Shown here: one piece after another, positions 1-9,070 of the stretch
How the letters are laid out: each line of letters begins with the position of its first letter
Numbering within the stretch: position 1 is the stretch's first letter
Origin: Candidatus Altiarchaeales archaeon ex4484_2
GTDB taxonomy: Archaea; Altiarchaeota; Altiarchaeia; IMC4; QMZM01
Assembly (NCBI GenBank): GCA_002254565.1
Contig: NJEG01000030.1
Coordinates: 1 to 50,740, forward strand
DNA: 50,740 nt
Direction of reading: 5' to 3'
Notes under the pieces: model-generated
What the model was told of the DNA's origin: nothing
The model's input: the letters and a program-made list of their open reading frames with translations, nothing else
Databases searched by the model: none
Program-made: the position numbers and the translations under genes

Positions 1-70
1 CCCCAAAACAACCGCACAAGCTCCCTCTCAAAATTAGCGCCCTTAGCATACCTTCCCATTTTCAAAAAAC

Positions 71-1003
71 CTAATTCCCAGATAACTCAAGCATCCGATC
101 AATAGCCTTACCAGCCTCCCTGAGAATCCTCTCAGATACCCTCACCTCAAAACGATCACCTCTAAGAGAATCCAAAACCTTATCCAGGGTTAAAGACTTC
201 ATAGGAGGGCAAAGCATCGGGGGGGAGAGATGATAAAACCTCTTGCCAGGGAACTCACGCTTAAGCCGGTAAACCATACCCTCCTCCGTGCCGATAATAA
301 ACTCATCCGCAGGAGACTCCCTGCAATACCTGAGCATCCCGCCAGTGGACTCGATGCCGTCAGCCAGCTCCTGAATCCCAGGATCAACCTCAGGGTGAAC
401 TACCAACTCAGCATCAGGATGCCTGCTTTTAGCCATTAATATATCAACCAACGAAAGCTGGTGGTGTGTTGGGCAGTTACCCCCCTCAGGGACTACCACA
501 ACATCCTTATCGGTCCGTTTCTGTGCATAATAAGCCAGATTCCTGTCCGGACCGAACAAAACAGTATCCGAGTCCATTGCTTTAACTATCTGCGGAGCAT
601 TAGCTGAAGTGCAGACGCAGTCAGCCAGCGCCTTACACTCCGATGAGGAGTTAACGTACAACACAACCTCAGAGTCAGGATAAGATTTCCTGGACTCCAG
701 TATATCCTCAGGGGAGAGCATCAAGGCCATAGGACACCTAGCAAGCAGATCAGGAATCAACACCCTCTTCCTGGGATTAACTATCTTAGCTGTCTCAGCC
801 ATGAAATAAACCCCACAGAATACGATCACCTCAGCGTCGGTTTCAGCCGCCTGCCTCGCTAATTCAAGAGAGTCGCCAACGAAATCCGCCACATCCTGTA
901 CCTCAGGCCTCTGGTAGTTATGGGCTAAAATCACAGCATTCTGCTCCCTCCTTAATTCATCAATTTCCCCTGAGAGTTCCCTGATATTAGCCACATTATT
1001 CAT
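71..1003 (-). CDS. nadA: Quinolinate synthase
   Basis: ILAHNYQ, FCGVYFMAET, LYVNS, VHPE, IGTE and terminal CPPM motifs. Start moved to ATG 1003 because the longer ORF overlaps the divergent gene. Confidence 0.95.
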   Translation of the reverse strand: MNNVANIRELSGEIDELRREQNAVILAHNYQRPEVQDVADFVGDSLELARQAAETDAEVIVFCGVYFMAETAKIVNPRKRVLIPDLLARCPMALMLSPEDILESRKSYPDSEVVLYVNSSSECKALADCVCTSANAPQIVKAMDSDTVLFGPDRNLAYYAQKRTDKDVVVVPEGGNCPTHHQLSLVDILMAKSRHPDAELVVHPEVDPGIQELADGIESTGGMLRYCRESPADEFIIGTEEGMVYRLKREFPGKRFYHLSPPMLCPPMKSLTLDKVLDSLRGDRFEVRVSERILREAGKAIDRMLELSGN

Positions 1004-1040
1004 ATATAACATAGTAGGATTCAATAAATTAGTATTTAAT

Positions 1041-1562
1041 ATGAACAAAAAAATAGTGTTAGCAGTCTGCGGAAGCGTTGCAGCCATAGAGACGCCGAAA
1101 ATTGCGCGAGAGTTAGGGAGGGAGGGCTTTGATGTCGAATGCGTGATGTCTGAAGCAGCTCAAAGGATCATACACCCCGACGTTATGGAGTGGGCTAGCG
1201 GAAACAAAGTAATCACTGAATTAACCGGACAGGTGGAGCATGTAAGCCTCTGCGGTATAGACGGAGAAGCCTCACTGTTACTGGTATGTCCGTGCACCTC
1301 AAACACCCTCTCCAAGACAGCATGCGGTATAGGAGATAACCCAGTAACAACGATGGCGGCAACAGCCCTCGGCTCAGGCATCCCAATCGTGATGGTTCCG
1401 GCAATGCACCTGGCCATGTACCAGAACCCCTTCGTGGAAGAGAACATCAAGAAACTCATAAAAGAGGGAGTTCACATAATAGAACCGGAATGCAGGGAAT
1501 CCAAGGCTAAAATAGCAGGCATGGAAAAAATAATCAAAAAAACATGTGATATAATAAAATAG
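1041..1562 (+). CDS. coaC: Phosphopantothenoylcysteine decarboxylase-like flavoprotein (stand-alone CoaC half)
   Basis: KIVLAVCGSVAA, EHV, CPCTSNTLSK and PAMH..MY.NP of the HFCD flavoprotein family. No CoaB domain is fused. Confidence 0.75.
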   Translation: MNKKIVLAVCGSVAAIETPKIARELGREGFDVECVMSEAAQRIIHPDVMEWASGNKVITELTGQVEHVSLCGIDGEASLLLVCPCTSNTLSKTACGIGDNPVTTMAATALGSGIPIVMVPAMHLAMYQNPFVEENIKKLIKEGVHIIEPECRESKAKIAGMEKIIKKTCDIIK

Positions 1563-1563
1563 A

Positions 1564-2178
1564 ATGGAGCTCACCAAAAAACAGGGAACGGTTCTCGTGA
1601 AATACATCAGGAAAACCCTGGAGGAATACTTCAAGGAGAAAACAGTGGACATAAAGGACTACATAAGCGAGGACATGAGAGATGTTGTTTCAAGGGAAGC
1701 CGCAGCCTACGTGACGCTCTTCAAATACCCGAGCATGCGCTTCAGGGGCTCATCAGGCCATATGCTACCCATACTATCCCTCGAAAAAACCATCAGGGAA
1801 GCAACTCTTAAGGCAGCATTCAGGGACAGGAGATTCATTCCCTTGATGAAAAGCGAGCTAAGGGACACCATCGTGGAACTCTCTCAGCTCAGAAAACCAG
1901 TCAAAATCGAAGCCGATAGCCTCTCAGAGTATCCTTCAAAGATAAAAATCGGCAGGGACGGGATAGCTATAGAAAAAGGGTATACTAGGGCGTTATTGCT
2001 ACCACAAACTGCTGTTATGATGGGGTGGAATGCTAAACAATTCCTCTCCTTTGCTCTGCTTAAGGCAGGATTGGATCCAAGATACAAGAGCAAGAATATA
2101 CAGGTCTACAGAGTCCAGGCCCAGGTCTTCAGGGAAGAGAAACCTGGAGGTGACGTAATCGAAGAGGAGTTCAACTAA
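1564..2178 (+). CDS. AMMECR1/TIGR00296-family protein (divergent)
   Basis: YVTL, AAFRDRRF.PL..EL, IGRDG, LLLPQ and KAGL...QVFRE..PGG motifs. Confidence 0.85.
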   Translation: MELTKKQGTVLVKYIRKTLEEYFKEKTVDIKDYISEDMRDVVSREAAAYVTLFKYPSMRFRGSSGHMLPILSLEKTIREATLKAAFRDRRFIPLMKSELRDTIVELSQLRKPVKIEADSLSEYPSKIKIGRDGIAIEKGYTRALLLPQTAVMMGWNAKQFLSFALLKAGLDPRYKSKNIQVYRVQAQVFREEKPGGDVIEEEFN

Positions 2179-2223
2179 CTGCTCTGAGAATATTTATTTG
2201 GAGACTCCTATTATTTAGGAAAA

Positions 2224-3528
2224 ATGAACTATTACCAAGAAGCCTTCAACCTAATCAGTAAACAACACCAGTGGCGGGGTTCCTGTCTGAATATGATAGC
2301 CAGCGAAAACATAACCTCACCCGCTGTAAGGGAAGCAATAGCCTCGGATTTCGGTCACAGATACGCTGAAGGAGTAGCTGGAGGAGTAGATGAGAACACA
2401 AGGTTGAAGGTATTCGACCGGTACTATCAAGGAACCAAGTACTTCGACAGGATAGAGGCTCTGGCCATCAAGCTCTCGGAGGAGTTATTTCATGCAGAAC
2501 ACGCTAACGTTGTTCCCATCTCAGGTGTAGTAGCTAATCTGGTCGCTTATCACGCCCTATCAAAGAGGGGTGACAGAATCACGGCCCTCGGCCTACTGGA
2601 TGGGGGGCATATAAGCCACTGCAAGATAAGCGCAGCAGGCGTTATGGGCTTGAAGGACATCCCCTATGCATTCAACGAGAAAGAGATGAACATTGACGTG
2701 GATGAATCAAAGAAGATCGTGCGGAAAGAAAAACCCTCCATAATGTTGTTCGGCGCCTCAGTGTACCTATTCCCTCATCCGGTGAATGAGATGGTGGATG
2801 TGGCAAGAGAAATAAATGCCAAAATAGTCTATGATGGAGCTCACGTAGCCGGGCTTATAGCAGGAGGGAGATTCCATGACCCCCTAAAGGAAGGAGCTGA
2901 CGTGGTAACCGCATCAACCCATAAAACCCTGCCAGGCCCCCAGGGAGGCATCATCCTATGCAAAAAAGAATTAGCGGAAAAAATAGATAACACAGCGTTC
3001 CCAGCCCTGATGAGCAACCACCACCTCCACCACGTAGCAGGCCTTCTGGTTGCTTTAGCTGAGATGAAAGAATACGGGAGCGAATACGCTGGACAGATAA
3101 TATCCAACGCCAAAGCCCTAGCCCAATCAATGCACGAGCACGGCATCCATGTCCTATGCGAACACAAAAATTTCACGGAATCACATCAGATACTTGTGGA
3201 TGTGTCAGACCATGGTGGAGGAGCGGAGATAGCGGACAGGTGTGAGGAAGCTAACATCATACTAAACAAGAACCTTCTCCCATGGGATACGTTTAGGGAT
3301 ACACGAAACCCCTCAGGGCTTAGGATAGGGGTGCAGGAGCTAACAAGACTGGGGATGAAGGAGTCAGAGATGAAAGACATATCCATGTACCTCAAGCAGT
3401 TAATCATAGACAGAGAAAATCCAGGGAAAGTCAGGGAGGAAGTGGAGGAACTGAAGAAGGAATTCAATAGAGTACACTACGCCTTCCCCTCCCAGAGACA
3501 GGCATACGAACAAATCAAGTTCAAGTAA
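2224..3528 (+). CDS. glyA: Serine hydroxymethyltransferase
   Basis: IASEN, RYAEG, GGHISH, YDGAHV, STHKTLPGPQGG (PLP lysine) and PSGLRIG. Confidence 0.97.
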   Translation: MNYYQEAFNLISKQHQWRGSCLNMIASENITSPAVREAIASDFGHRYAEGVAGGVDENTRLKVFDRYYQGTKYFDRIEALAIKLSEELFHAEHANVVPISGVVANLVAYHALSKRGDRITALGLLDGGHISHCKISAAGVMGLKDIPYAFNEKEMNIDVDESKKIVRKEKPSIMLFGASVYLFPHPVNEMVDVAREINAKIVYDGAHVAGLIAGGRFHDPLKEGADVVTASTHKTLPGPQGGIILCKKELAEKIDNTAFPALMSNHHLHHVAGLLVALAEMKEYGSEYAGQIISNAKALAQSMHEHGIHVLCEHKNFTESHQILVDVSDHGGGAEIADRCEEANIILNKNLLPWDTFRDTRNPSGLRIGVQELTRLGMKESEMKDISMYLKQLIIDRENPGKVREEVEELKKEFNRVHYAFPSQRQAYEQIKFK

Positions 3529-3540
3529 TAATTTAACAAC

Positions 3541-3945
3541 CTAGTCAAGAAGCCTTTTCTCTCCCCTCAGTTCCTGTAAATCAGTGATATCCTGGCTTGC
3601 CTCCATACAACCAAGATATTTACCTTCCTTATCTCTTAGGGCATAGTACTCTATCAGGATTCTGCGTTTATCGATTCCCTCCCTAGGGGGGATATTAACC
3701 CAGAACCTTGCCTTATCCCTCTCTCCGCTTTTCATCTCCTTGAGTATCTGCTCCACCTTATTCAGACTTTCCCGTGGATGGCATTTCCTGACGTCCAGAC
3801 CCAAGGCAGCCTCAGGTCTCTTAAATGTTCTTGTCTTGTGTTTGTTCCATGCAAGGACCTTATCGTTCTCATCAAGGACTGAATACTCCAGCGGCAGGGT
3901 CTCCAGCAAGGCATCCAACACATCCTTGGGTAGTTCACCTATCAT
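3541..3945 (-). CDS. Stand-alone PAS/PAC-domain protein (PAS_10/DUF438-associated type)
   Basis: LETLP.E.S.LD, GLDVRKCHP..S..KV..IL and YYALRD..G.YLG.MEASQDIT. Start moved to ATG 3945. Confidence 0.85.
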   Translation of the reverse strand: MIGELPKDVLDALLETLPLEYSVLDENDKVLAWNKHKTRTFKRPEAALGLDVRKCHPRESLNKVEQILKEMKSGERDKARFWVNIPPREGIDKRRILIEYYALRDKEGKYLGCMEASQDITDLQELRGEKRLLD

Positions 3946-4092
3946 GCTCCCACCATTCCCTTGAAGCAGGGTTGACCCCCACACAACGATCCATTCATTG
4001 TATTTATGCTCTGCTACAAGAAATTTACTTTGTAAATTTCTTGGTTATTATAAAGTAGGGACATACTTTATAATTCAATAAAAAACGACAGT

Positions 4093-4203
4093 TCAACTCT
4101 GGCCTTTGCCTGTTTTCCGCTGCTTCTTGCAGCCACCTCTGCCCTTATTCGACCTTTTGCCCCTGCCTGAACCGTCTCTTTTAGGAACTCCTTTATCAGC
4201 CAT
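4093..4203 (-). CDS. 36-aa Gly/Arg/Lys-rich peptide (not in ORF track)
   Basis: Hand translation MADKGVPKRDGSGRGKRSNKGRGGCKKQRKTGKGQS*. The ATG is 1 nt after the upstream stop and is preceded by GGTGTGA. Confidence 0.7.
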   Translation of the reverse strand: MADKGVPKRDGSGRGKRSNKGRGGCKKQRKTGKGQS

Positions 4204-4204
4204 T

Positions 4205-4480
4205 TCACACACCATATCTCCTTCTGTCTTTTAATTCCTGTATCTTGCCCTCGTTCCATCCATCAATGTTCTGGTAGTACCCGGTTATTCTGGACCAGTG
4301 CCCCATAGGTTTCCCCCCGTAGGCGAGCTTTTCCTCGAATTTCCTTGCGCATTCCTCCGAGCAAACTAGGGTACCTGTTTTGGTAGGCTTCAGGTTTTCA
4401 TCTACGCTAGCCTGCATGTACTCACCTAGTATTCCCTTGCCGCATATGCCACATTTAACTTCATTGTTTGAAACTTCCAT
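4205..4480 (-). CDS. Small protein: Zn-binding CxxC...CxxxC plus class III RNR (NrdD) C-terminal glycyl-radical motif
   Basis: CGICG...CSEEC followed by SRITGYYQNIDGWNEGKIQELKDR, which matches the NrdD C-terminal RxxGY...W..GK..E..DR signature. Confidence 0.8.
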   Translation of the reverse strand: MEVSNNEVKCGICGKGILGEYMQASVDENLKPTKTGTLVCSEECARKFEEKLAYGGKPMGHWSRITGYYQNIDGWNEGKIQELKDRRRYGV

Positions 4481-4530
4481 ATTATTCCACCTATTGTTTA
4501 TCTAGTGGGTTTTATTGCTTTAATTACAAT

Positions 4531-4556
4531 ATAGCTATCTTTTGTATAGTAACTAT
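4531..4556. promoter_or_regulatory. Possible HxlR-family operator (imperfect inverted repeat)
   Basis: ATAGCTATC-N8-AGTAACTAT between the divergent genes; weak symmetry. Confidence 0.3.
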
Positions 4557-4611
4557 ATATCCTGTATTTATATTATAAGAAAGAATAGGGATCCAAACAT
4601 ATAGTGAAGAC

Positions 4612-4998
4612 ATGGAAAAACACACGCTCTGCGGAGAAGAAGGGGACTACTGCCCCATCTACAACATTAAATGCGGCTCAGATATAGAAAAATGCCCAGT
4701 ATATCGGGCCTTCAAGAGTATAGGGAAGAAATGGACACTCCAGATACCCCAGGAATTCTTCGTCAACCAAGGCATTAGAAGATTCAACCAGATACAAAAC
4801 TCACTGCACTGGATTACACCCAAAGTGATATCAACAAGGCTAAAGGATATGGAAAATGAGGATATCATAGAGCGAAAAGTCTACCCAGACAACACCCCTG
4901 TAAGGGTGGAATACACACTAAAAGATAAAGGCCAAGACCTTCAGGAGATAATACAGAAAGCCAGCGAGGGGGGTAAAAAATGGGAGATTGAAAGCTGA
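4612..4998 (+). CDS. HxlR-family winged-helix regulator with Cys-rich N-terminus
   Basis: CPV..A...IGKKWT, RRFNQI, ITPKVISTRLK.ME and PVRVEYTL..KG. Four Cys lie in the first 30 aa. Confidence 0.9.
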   Translation: MEKHTLCGEEGDYCPIYNIKCGSDIEKCPVYRAFKSIGKKWTLQIPQEFFVNQGIRRFNQIQNSLHWITPKVISTRLKDMENEDIIERKVYPDNTPVRVEYTLKDKGQDLQEIIQKASEGGKKWEIES

Positions 4999-5016
4999 TA
5001 AACCTCGTGAAGGAGG

Positions 5017-5667
5017 TCAGGTTTCTACCTCAATCGTTACAGAATCCCCATCCCGTAAACCGTATTCCTTTCTCAGATTCCTATCTGAGATAATCTCAAC
5101 CACCTCCCGATGGTGTGTTCTTTCAGGGAAAACCAGGAAACAGTTTATACTCCAATCATTTCCCGAAAGGGTTACAGGCATGTATTCCAACCGCCCATAT
5201 ACCCTCTCGTTTCTCCTGAAGCCCTCGATAAAACCGGTTGAATATCTCTTGACTGATGCTAGACCCGAATCCAGTTTAACGTTGAGTGTCCCGTGAAAGG
5301 GCTTAAAGCCGAGGTTTTCCCTGAACCTGTTCTCGTATTTTCCCATGTAATAGGCACCCTCACCCATCCCAGTAACAATGGAACCCCTAAATACCCTCTT
5401 CTTCCCCCTCTCAAGAAAATGCTTGAGGTCAAGATATACCTCAACCAGAGAATCCCTGCCTTTTTCCGTGAACTCAATACGCTGCTTCATCTCGCTTCTT
5501 GTTTTTTTTATATAACCTTCCAACTCCAAATCGTTCAGGTAGCGTGAAGCAGTCTGCTGTGAAACACCTAAGAATTCACCAACCTCTGAAGTGGACATGA
5601 GGAGAATGCCATCCCCTTTACTGAATCTCCTGCTTAGATGATATAAAACCAAGATTTGTTGATTCAT
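5017..5667 (-). CDS. ribK: CTP-dependent riboflavin kinase with N-terminal HTH (RibK/RbkR)
   Basis: SQQTASR HTH, GMGEGAYY, PFHGTLN, PERTHH and LR..YGL.DGD. Confidence 0.92.
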   Translation of the reverse strand: MNQQILVLYHLSRRFSKGDGILLMSTSEVGEFLGVSQQTASRYLNDLELEGYIKKTRSEMKQRIEFTEKGRDSLVEVYLDLKHFLERGKKRVFRGSIVTGMGEGAYYMGKYENRFRENLGFKPFHGTLNVKLDSGLASVKRYSTGFIEGFRRNERVYGRLEYMPVTLSGNDWSINCFLVFPERTHHREVVEIISDRNLRKEYGLRDGDSVTIEVET

Positions 5668-5680
5668 CCTGATTATGGGA

Positions 5681-6622
5681 TTAGATGTCTATATCCAAGG
5701 CCCTCGCCAGCTCATCATATCTGTTCCTGATTGTGACCTCAGTGACGCCAGTCAGTTTATTGGCTATGTTTTTCTGGGTATGCCTGTCGTTTGTTAATTT
5801 ACCAGCCAGGTATATCGCTGCTGCAGCAACACCAGTGGGACCCTTGCCTGATGTTATCCCCTTTCGTCTGGCGACCTCTACAATCTCTATCGCCTTCGCC
5901 TCTGTTGCCCCGGATAAGCCAAGCTCTGAAGCAAATCTTGGAACGTAATCTATTGCTGTGGCAACGGGCATCTTAACGCTCAGCTTCCTGCAGATAAACC
6001 GGTAGCTTCTACCGATATCTTTTCTCTTAACTCCAGTAGCCCCCTCTAATTCCTCCAACGTTTTAGGCAGGCGATGCTGTCTTGATATCAAATATATTAT
6101 GGCTGCAACAACACACTCTATGGAGCGACCCTTAACCAGACCCTTCTTCACCGCCCTCCGGTACCACATAGCACACTCCTCCTTGAGATTGTTGGGTATG
6201 TTGAGATAAGAGCACACCCTATCCAGCTCAGGTAAAGCAATAGAGAGATTTCTCTGCATCGAAGACGACATTCTGCTGCGCCTTTGCCATTTCCTCAGCC
6301 TGTATAGTTGGGCCTTCCTCTCCGGCCGGATTGAGCCGCCCTTGATGTCTCTATCATAGCGGTCTATCTCTGTTGTTAAACCCTTGTTTAGTTTAGCGTA
6401 CTTGACGAGACCGCCTGTTCTAGCCCTCTTGGAGCGCTGTTCCTCGTTGAAGCCCCGCCACTCAGGACCGAAGTCGAATAATCCCTCCTCGATAACAAAA
6501 CCACATTTCACACAGATAATTTCTCCATGAACCTGATCTGTGCGTATATTGGAGCCGCCACATGCCGGACACAGCACTGAAATATCACCACCTGTTTTTT
6601 CACTAATAATTTCTTCATGCAT
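5681..6622 (-). CDS. tfb: Transcription initiation factor IIB
   Basis: Zn ribbon CPAC..CVKC, GPEWR, RLRKWQ, GRS, GKGPTG and GVTEVTIRNRY. Confidence 0.97.
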   Translation of the reverse strand: MHEEIISEKTGGDISVLCPACGGSNIRTDQVHGEIICVKCGFVIEEGLFDFGPEWRGFNEEQRSKRARTGGLVKYAKLNKGLTTEIDRYDRDIKGGSIRPERKAQLYRLRKWQRRSRMSSSMQRNLSIALPELDRVCSYLNIPNNLKEECAMWYRRAVKKGLVKGRSIECVVAAIIYLISRQHRLPKTLEELEGATGVKRKDIGRSYRFICRKLSVKMPVATAIDYVPRFASELGLSGATEAKAIEIVEVARRKGITSGKGPTGVAAAAIYLAGKLTNDRHTQKNIANKLTGVTEVTIRNRYDELARALDIDI

Positions 6623-6631
6623 TTTTTCTGA

Positions 6632-6833
6632 TTAGATTATTATTTCCTTACCTACAAAGCTAGAAAAATCTTTTTTCATCCCCGGAAACACTTTAATTAC
6701 GAGATAAGGTTTGTCAACCCGACCTATGACTTCTAAGACCTTACCCACTTTTTTACCGTCCATAGAAGCTGTTTTAGGGTATTTGAACAATAAGCTTATT
6801 GCCATGAGATGATATTATTTTACCTTGTTCCAA
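6632..6833 (-). pseudogene. gar1: Gar1/Naf1-family H/ACA RNP protein, interrupted by one frameshift or deletion
   Basis: TTG 6833 frame gives LEQGKIISSHGNKLIVQ; a second frame (6805-6632) gives DGKKVGKVLEVIGRVDKPYLVIK...FVGKEIII. gar1-tfb adjacency is conserved in archaea. Confidence 0.7.
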
Positions 6834-6948
6834 ATTACCCCTCCGCAAAGGATATGATATTATATTTTTATAATACTTATGTTGATATAGTTAAATATAG
6901 TATGGACTATTTATATGGTGGAGATAATTAATAAGAAGTGTTGCTAAA

Positions 6949-7977
6949 ATGAACTTGATAGAAGAATTATGTAGGGCTTCAGGAGTATCCGGGTTCGAGA
7001 AAGATGTAGCTTCTGTAATGAAGAAACAACTGCAGGAATCTTGTGAAAAGGTTGAGGAAGACAGCTTCGGGAATGTCATCGCAAGGAAAGGAAAAGGCGA
7101 GAAAAAGATTATGTTAGCTGCTCACATGGATGAAATAGGTTTGATGGTCAAGCATATCAACGAGAAGGGATTCATTAGCTTCATCAAGATTGGGGGAATA
7201 GACGATCGCATCCTTCTGAACCAGAGAGTAATCATTAAATCAAGAGAAGGCGACGTCCCGGGAATAATAGGCTCCAAGCCACCGCATCTGCAAAAGGATG
7301 ATGAGAGAAAGAAGGTCATAAAACACGGCGACATGTTCATAGACATAGGAGCTAAAGACAGAAAAGATGCTGATAAAAAAATAGCAGTAGGTGACCCCAT
7401 ACTCTTCGAGGCAAACTATGGGTCATTAAACAAAAAACTCTTTTACGGTAAGGCAATAGACAACAGGATAGGCTGCTATGTAATGCTTAAGGTAATGGAG
7501 AAACTTCCCAGGGATATTAAATCAACAATATACGCCGTGGCAACCGCACAGGAGGAGGTCGGTCTTAAGGGAGCAAGGGTTTCCGCCTTCAAGCTCGAGC
7601 CAGACTACGCTTTCGCTATAGACACGACAATAGCAGGAGACACCCCCCAGATAAAAGAAAACGAATCCGACCTGAAGGTGGGTGAAGGCCCGGCTATTAC
7701 CATAACAGAGGCCTCAGGCAGGGGAGTGGTAACCCATCCCAAGCTAAGGGATCTACTCATCAAAACAGCTAAGAAACACAAGATACCCTACCAGGTGGAT
7801 GTCCTGGAGGGTGGGATGACCGATGCAGCAATAATCTACATGACACGAGCCGGCGTCCCCAGTGGCGTGATATCCATACCCTGCAGGTATATTCACTCCA
7901 GCTCGGGTGTTTTCAGTATCGACGATGTTAATAACTCCATCAAACTGCTGGTGAATGCACTGAAGGAGTTCAAGTAG
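6949..7977 (+). CDS. M42 family aminopeptidase (TET/FrvX)
   Basis: GVSGFE, AAHMDEIG, KAIDNRIG, QEEVGLKGA, GGMTDA and RYIHS. Confidence 0.95.
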   Translation: MNLIEELCRASGVSGFEKDVASVMKKQLQESCEKVEEDSFGNVIARKGKGEKKIMLAAHMDEIGLMVKHINEKGFISFIKIGGIDDRILLNQRVIIKSREGDVPGIIGSKPPHLQKDDERKKVIKHGDMFIDIGAKDRKDADKKIAVGDPILFEANYGSLNKKLFYGKAIDNRIGCYVMLKVMEKLPRDIKSTIYAVATAQEEVGLKGARVSAFKLEPDYAFAIDTTIAGDTPQIKENESDLKVGEGPAITITEASGRGVVTHPKLRDLLIKTAKKHKIPYQVDVLEGGMTDAAIIYMTRAGVPSGVISIPCRYIHSSSGVFSIDDVNNSIKLLVNALKEFK

Positions 7978-7978
7978 A

Positions 7979-8446
7979 ATGTCGAATTCAGTGAACTATA
8001 AAAACTTGTTCACAGTACTGAAGGTATCCATCCTATACGCTCTCTTTTCTATTTTATTTATTATTGGGCCCCTAGCGGTTGGATTCTATTTAGGGAACCG
8101 GGTGGAGAACCCAAGGAAGGGATTCCTGTTTGCTCTTACTGCTGCAGTAGCTGGATTCAGCATACAACATTATCTCATCCTCCAAGGCCTCTACGGGAAA
8201 TTCATTATAGCCATATTCATTATTTTATGGCATTTTATGTCCATAATATGTCTCCTGGTCGGGGTTTCCGCTGGTTACATGTACTCTGACTTCGGAAGGA
8301 AGGTAAAGGGAGTCAGATACAGGAAGGAAGAGGTTAAGGAGCCAGGGGATGAGGCTGCTCCAGAGACCTACATAGTATGCCCAGTATGTGGGGAATCCAA
8401 CGAGGAAGACAGAAGAAGATGCAAATCATGTGGCAGTGAGATATGA
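7979..8446 (+). CDS. Membrane protein with C-terminal zinc ribbon
   Basis: Three to four hydrophobic segments followed by CPVCG...CKSCG. Confidence 0.7.
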   Translation: MSNSVNYKNLFTVLKVSILYALFSILFIIGPLAVGFYLGNRVENPRKGFLFALTAAVAGFSIQHYLILQGLYGKFIIAIFIILWHFMSIICLLVGVSAGYMYSDFGRKVKGVRYRKEEVKEPGDEAAPETYIVCPVCGESNEEDRRRCKSCGSEI

Positions 8447-9060
8447 ACACAAGAAACGTTGCAGCAGGGGTTTTAAAGACCAGTGTTTTTTTTGTTTTCG
8501 TGTTTTTTTTCTCTGCTATAGTGGGATTTCATAACTATTACTCGGCCGTAGACGTCATAATCCCACTGCTTGAGAAAATGAGGTATGATATATTCAACCC
8601 CACATCCCAGCTCTCCACAGCAGTTAACGTATTCATGAATAACCTGAGTGTTAGCTTGATTATTTACCTTACAGGAATCACTGTCGCACTCCCGATCCTT
8701 GTTGTTTCCTTTAACGGTTTTATTGTAGGCTTCTTCGCTAGATACTCCCTCCTGCATGACGAAATCGGTTTATCTTTTTTTGTTAAAGGAGTTCTGGCAC
8801 ACTCAATCTTCGAGTTGCCTGCGTTGTTTATCGCAGCCTCTTCTGGACTCAGGGTGGGGACCGTGTTTTACTCTTTACTATTTGAGGTTCTGGAGAAACG
8901 CTTGAGGGGTGAGCAATACAACCTAAAGCAAAAGATTACAGTACTTAAGAAACGCATGAATGAGGGGGTTGCTGTTTTCATATCGATTGTGTTGCCTTTG
9001 CTTTTGATTGCTGCCTTCGTCGAGGTTTACATAACAGCATGGCTGCTGGGAATCTACTAA
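8443..9060 (+). CDS. SpoIIM/DUF95 family membrane protein
   Basis: FMNN, NGFIVG, HSIFELPA and LLLIAAFVEVYIT. Confidence 0.88.
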   Translation: MNTRNVAAGVLKTSVFFVFVFFFSAIVGFHNYYSAVDVIIPLLEKMRYDIFNPTSQLSTAVNVFMNNLSVSLIIYLTGITVALPILVVSFNGFIVGFFARYSLLHDEIGLSFFVKGVLAHSIFELPALFIAASSGLRVGTVFYSLLFEVLEKRLRGEQYNLKQKITVLKKRMNEGVAVFISIVLPLLLIAAFVEVYITAWLLGIY

Positions 9061-9070
9061 CAATGTTCCC

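Noticed and set aside
4068-4259. 63-aa ORF in the track
   Set aside because: Overlaps the glycyl-radical gene. The 36-aa ORF in another frame has the better start context.
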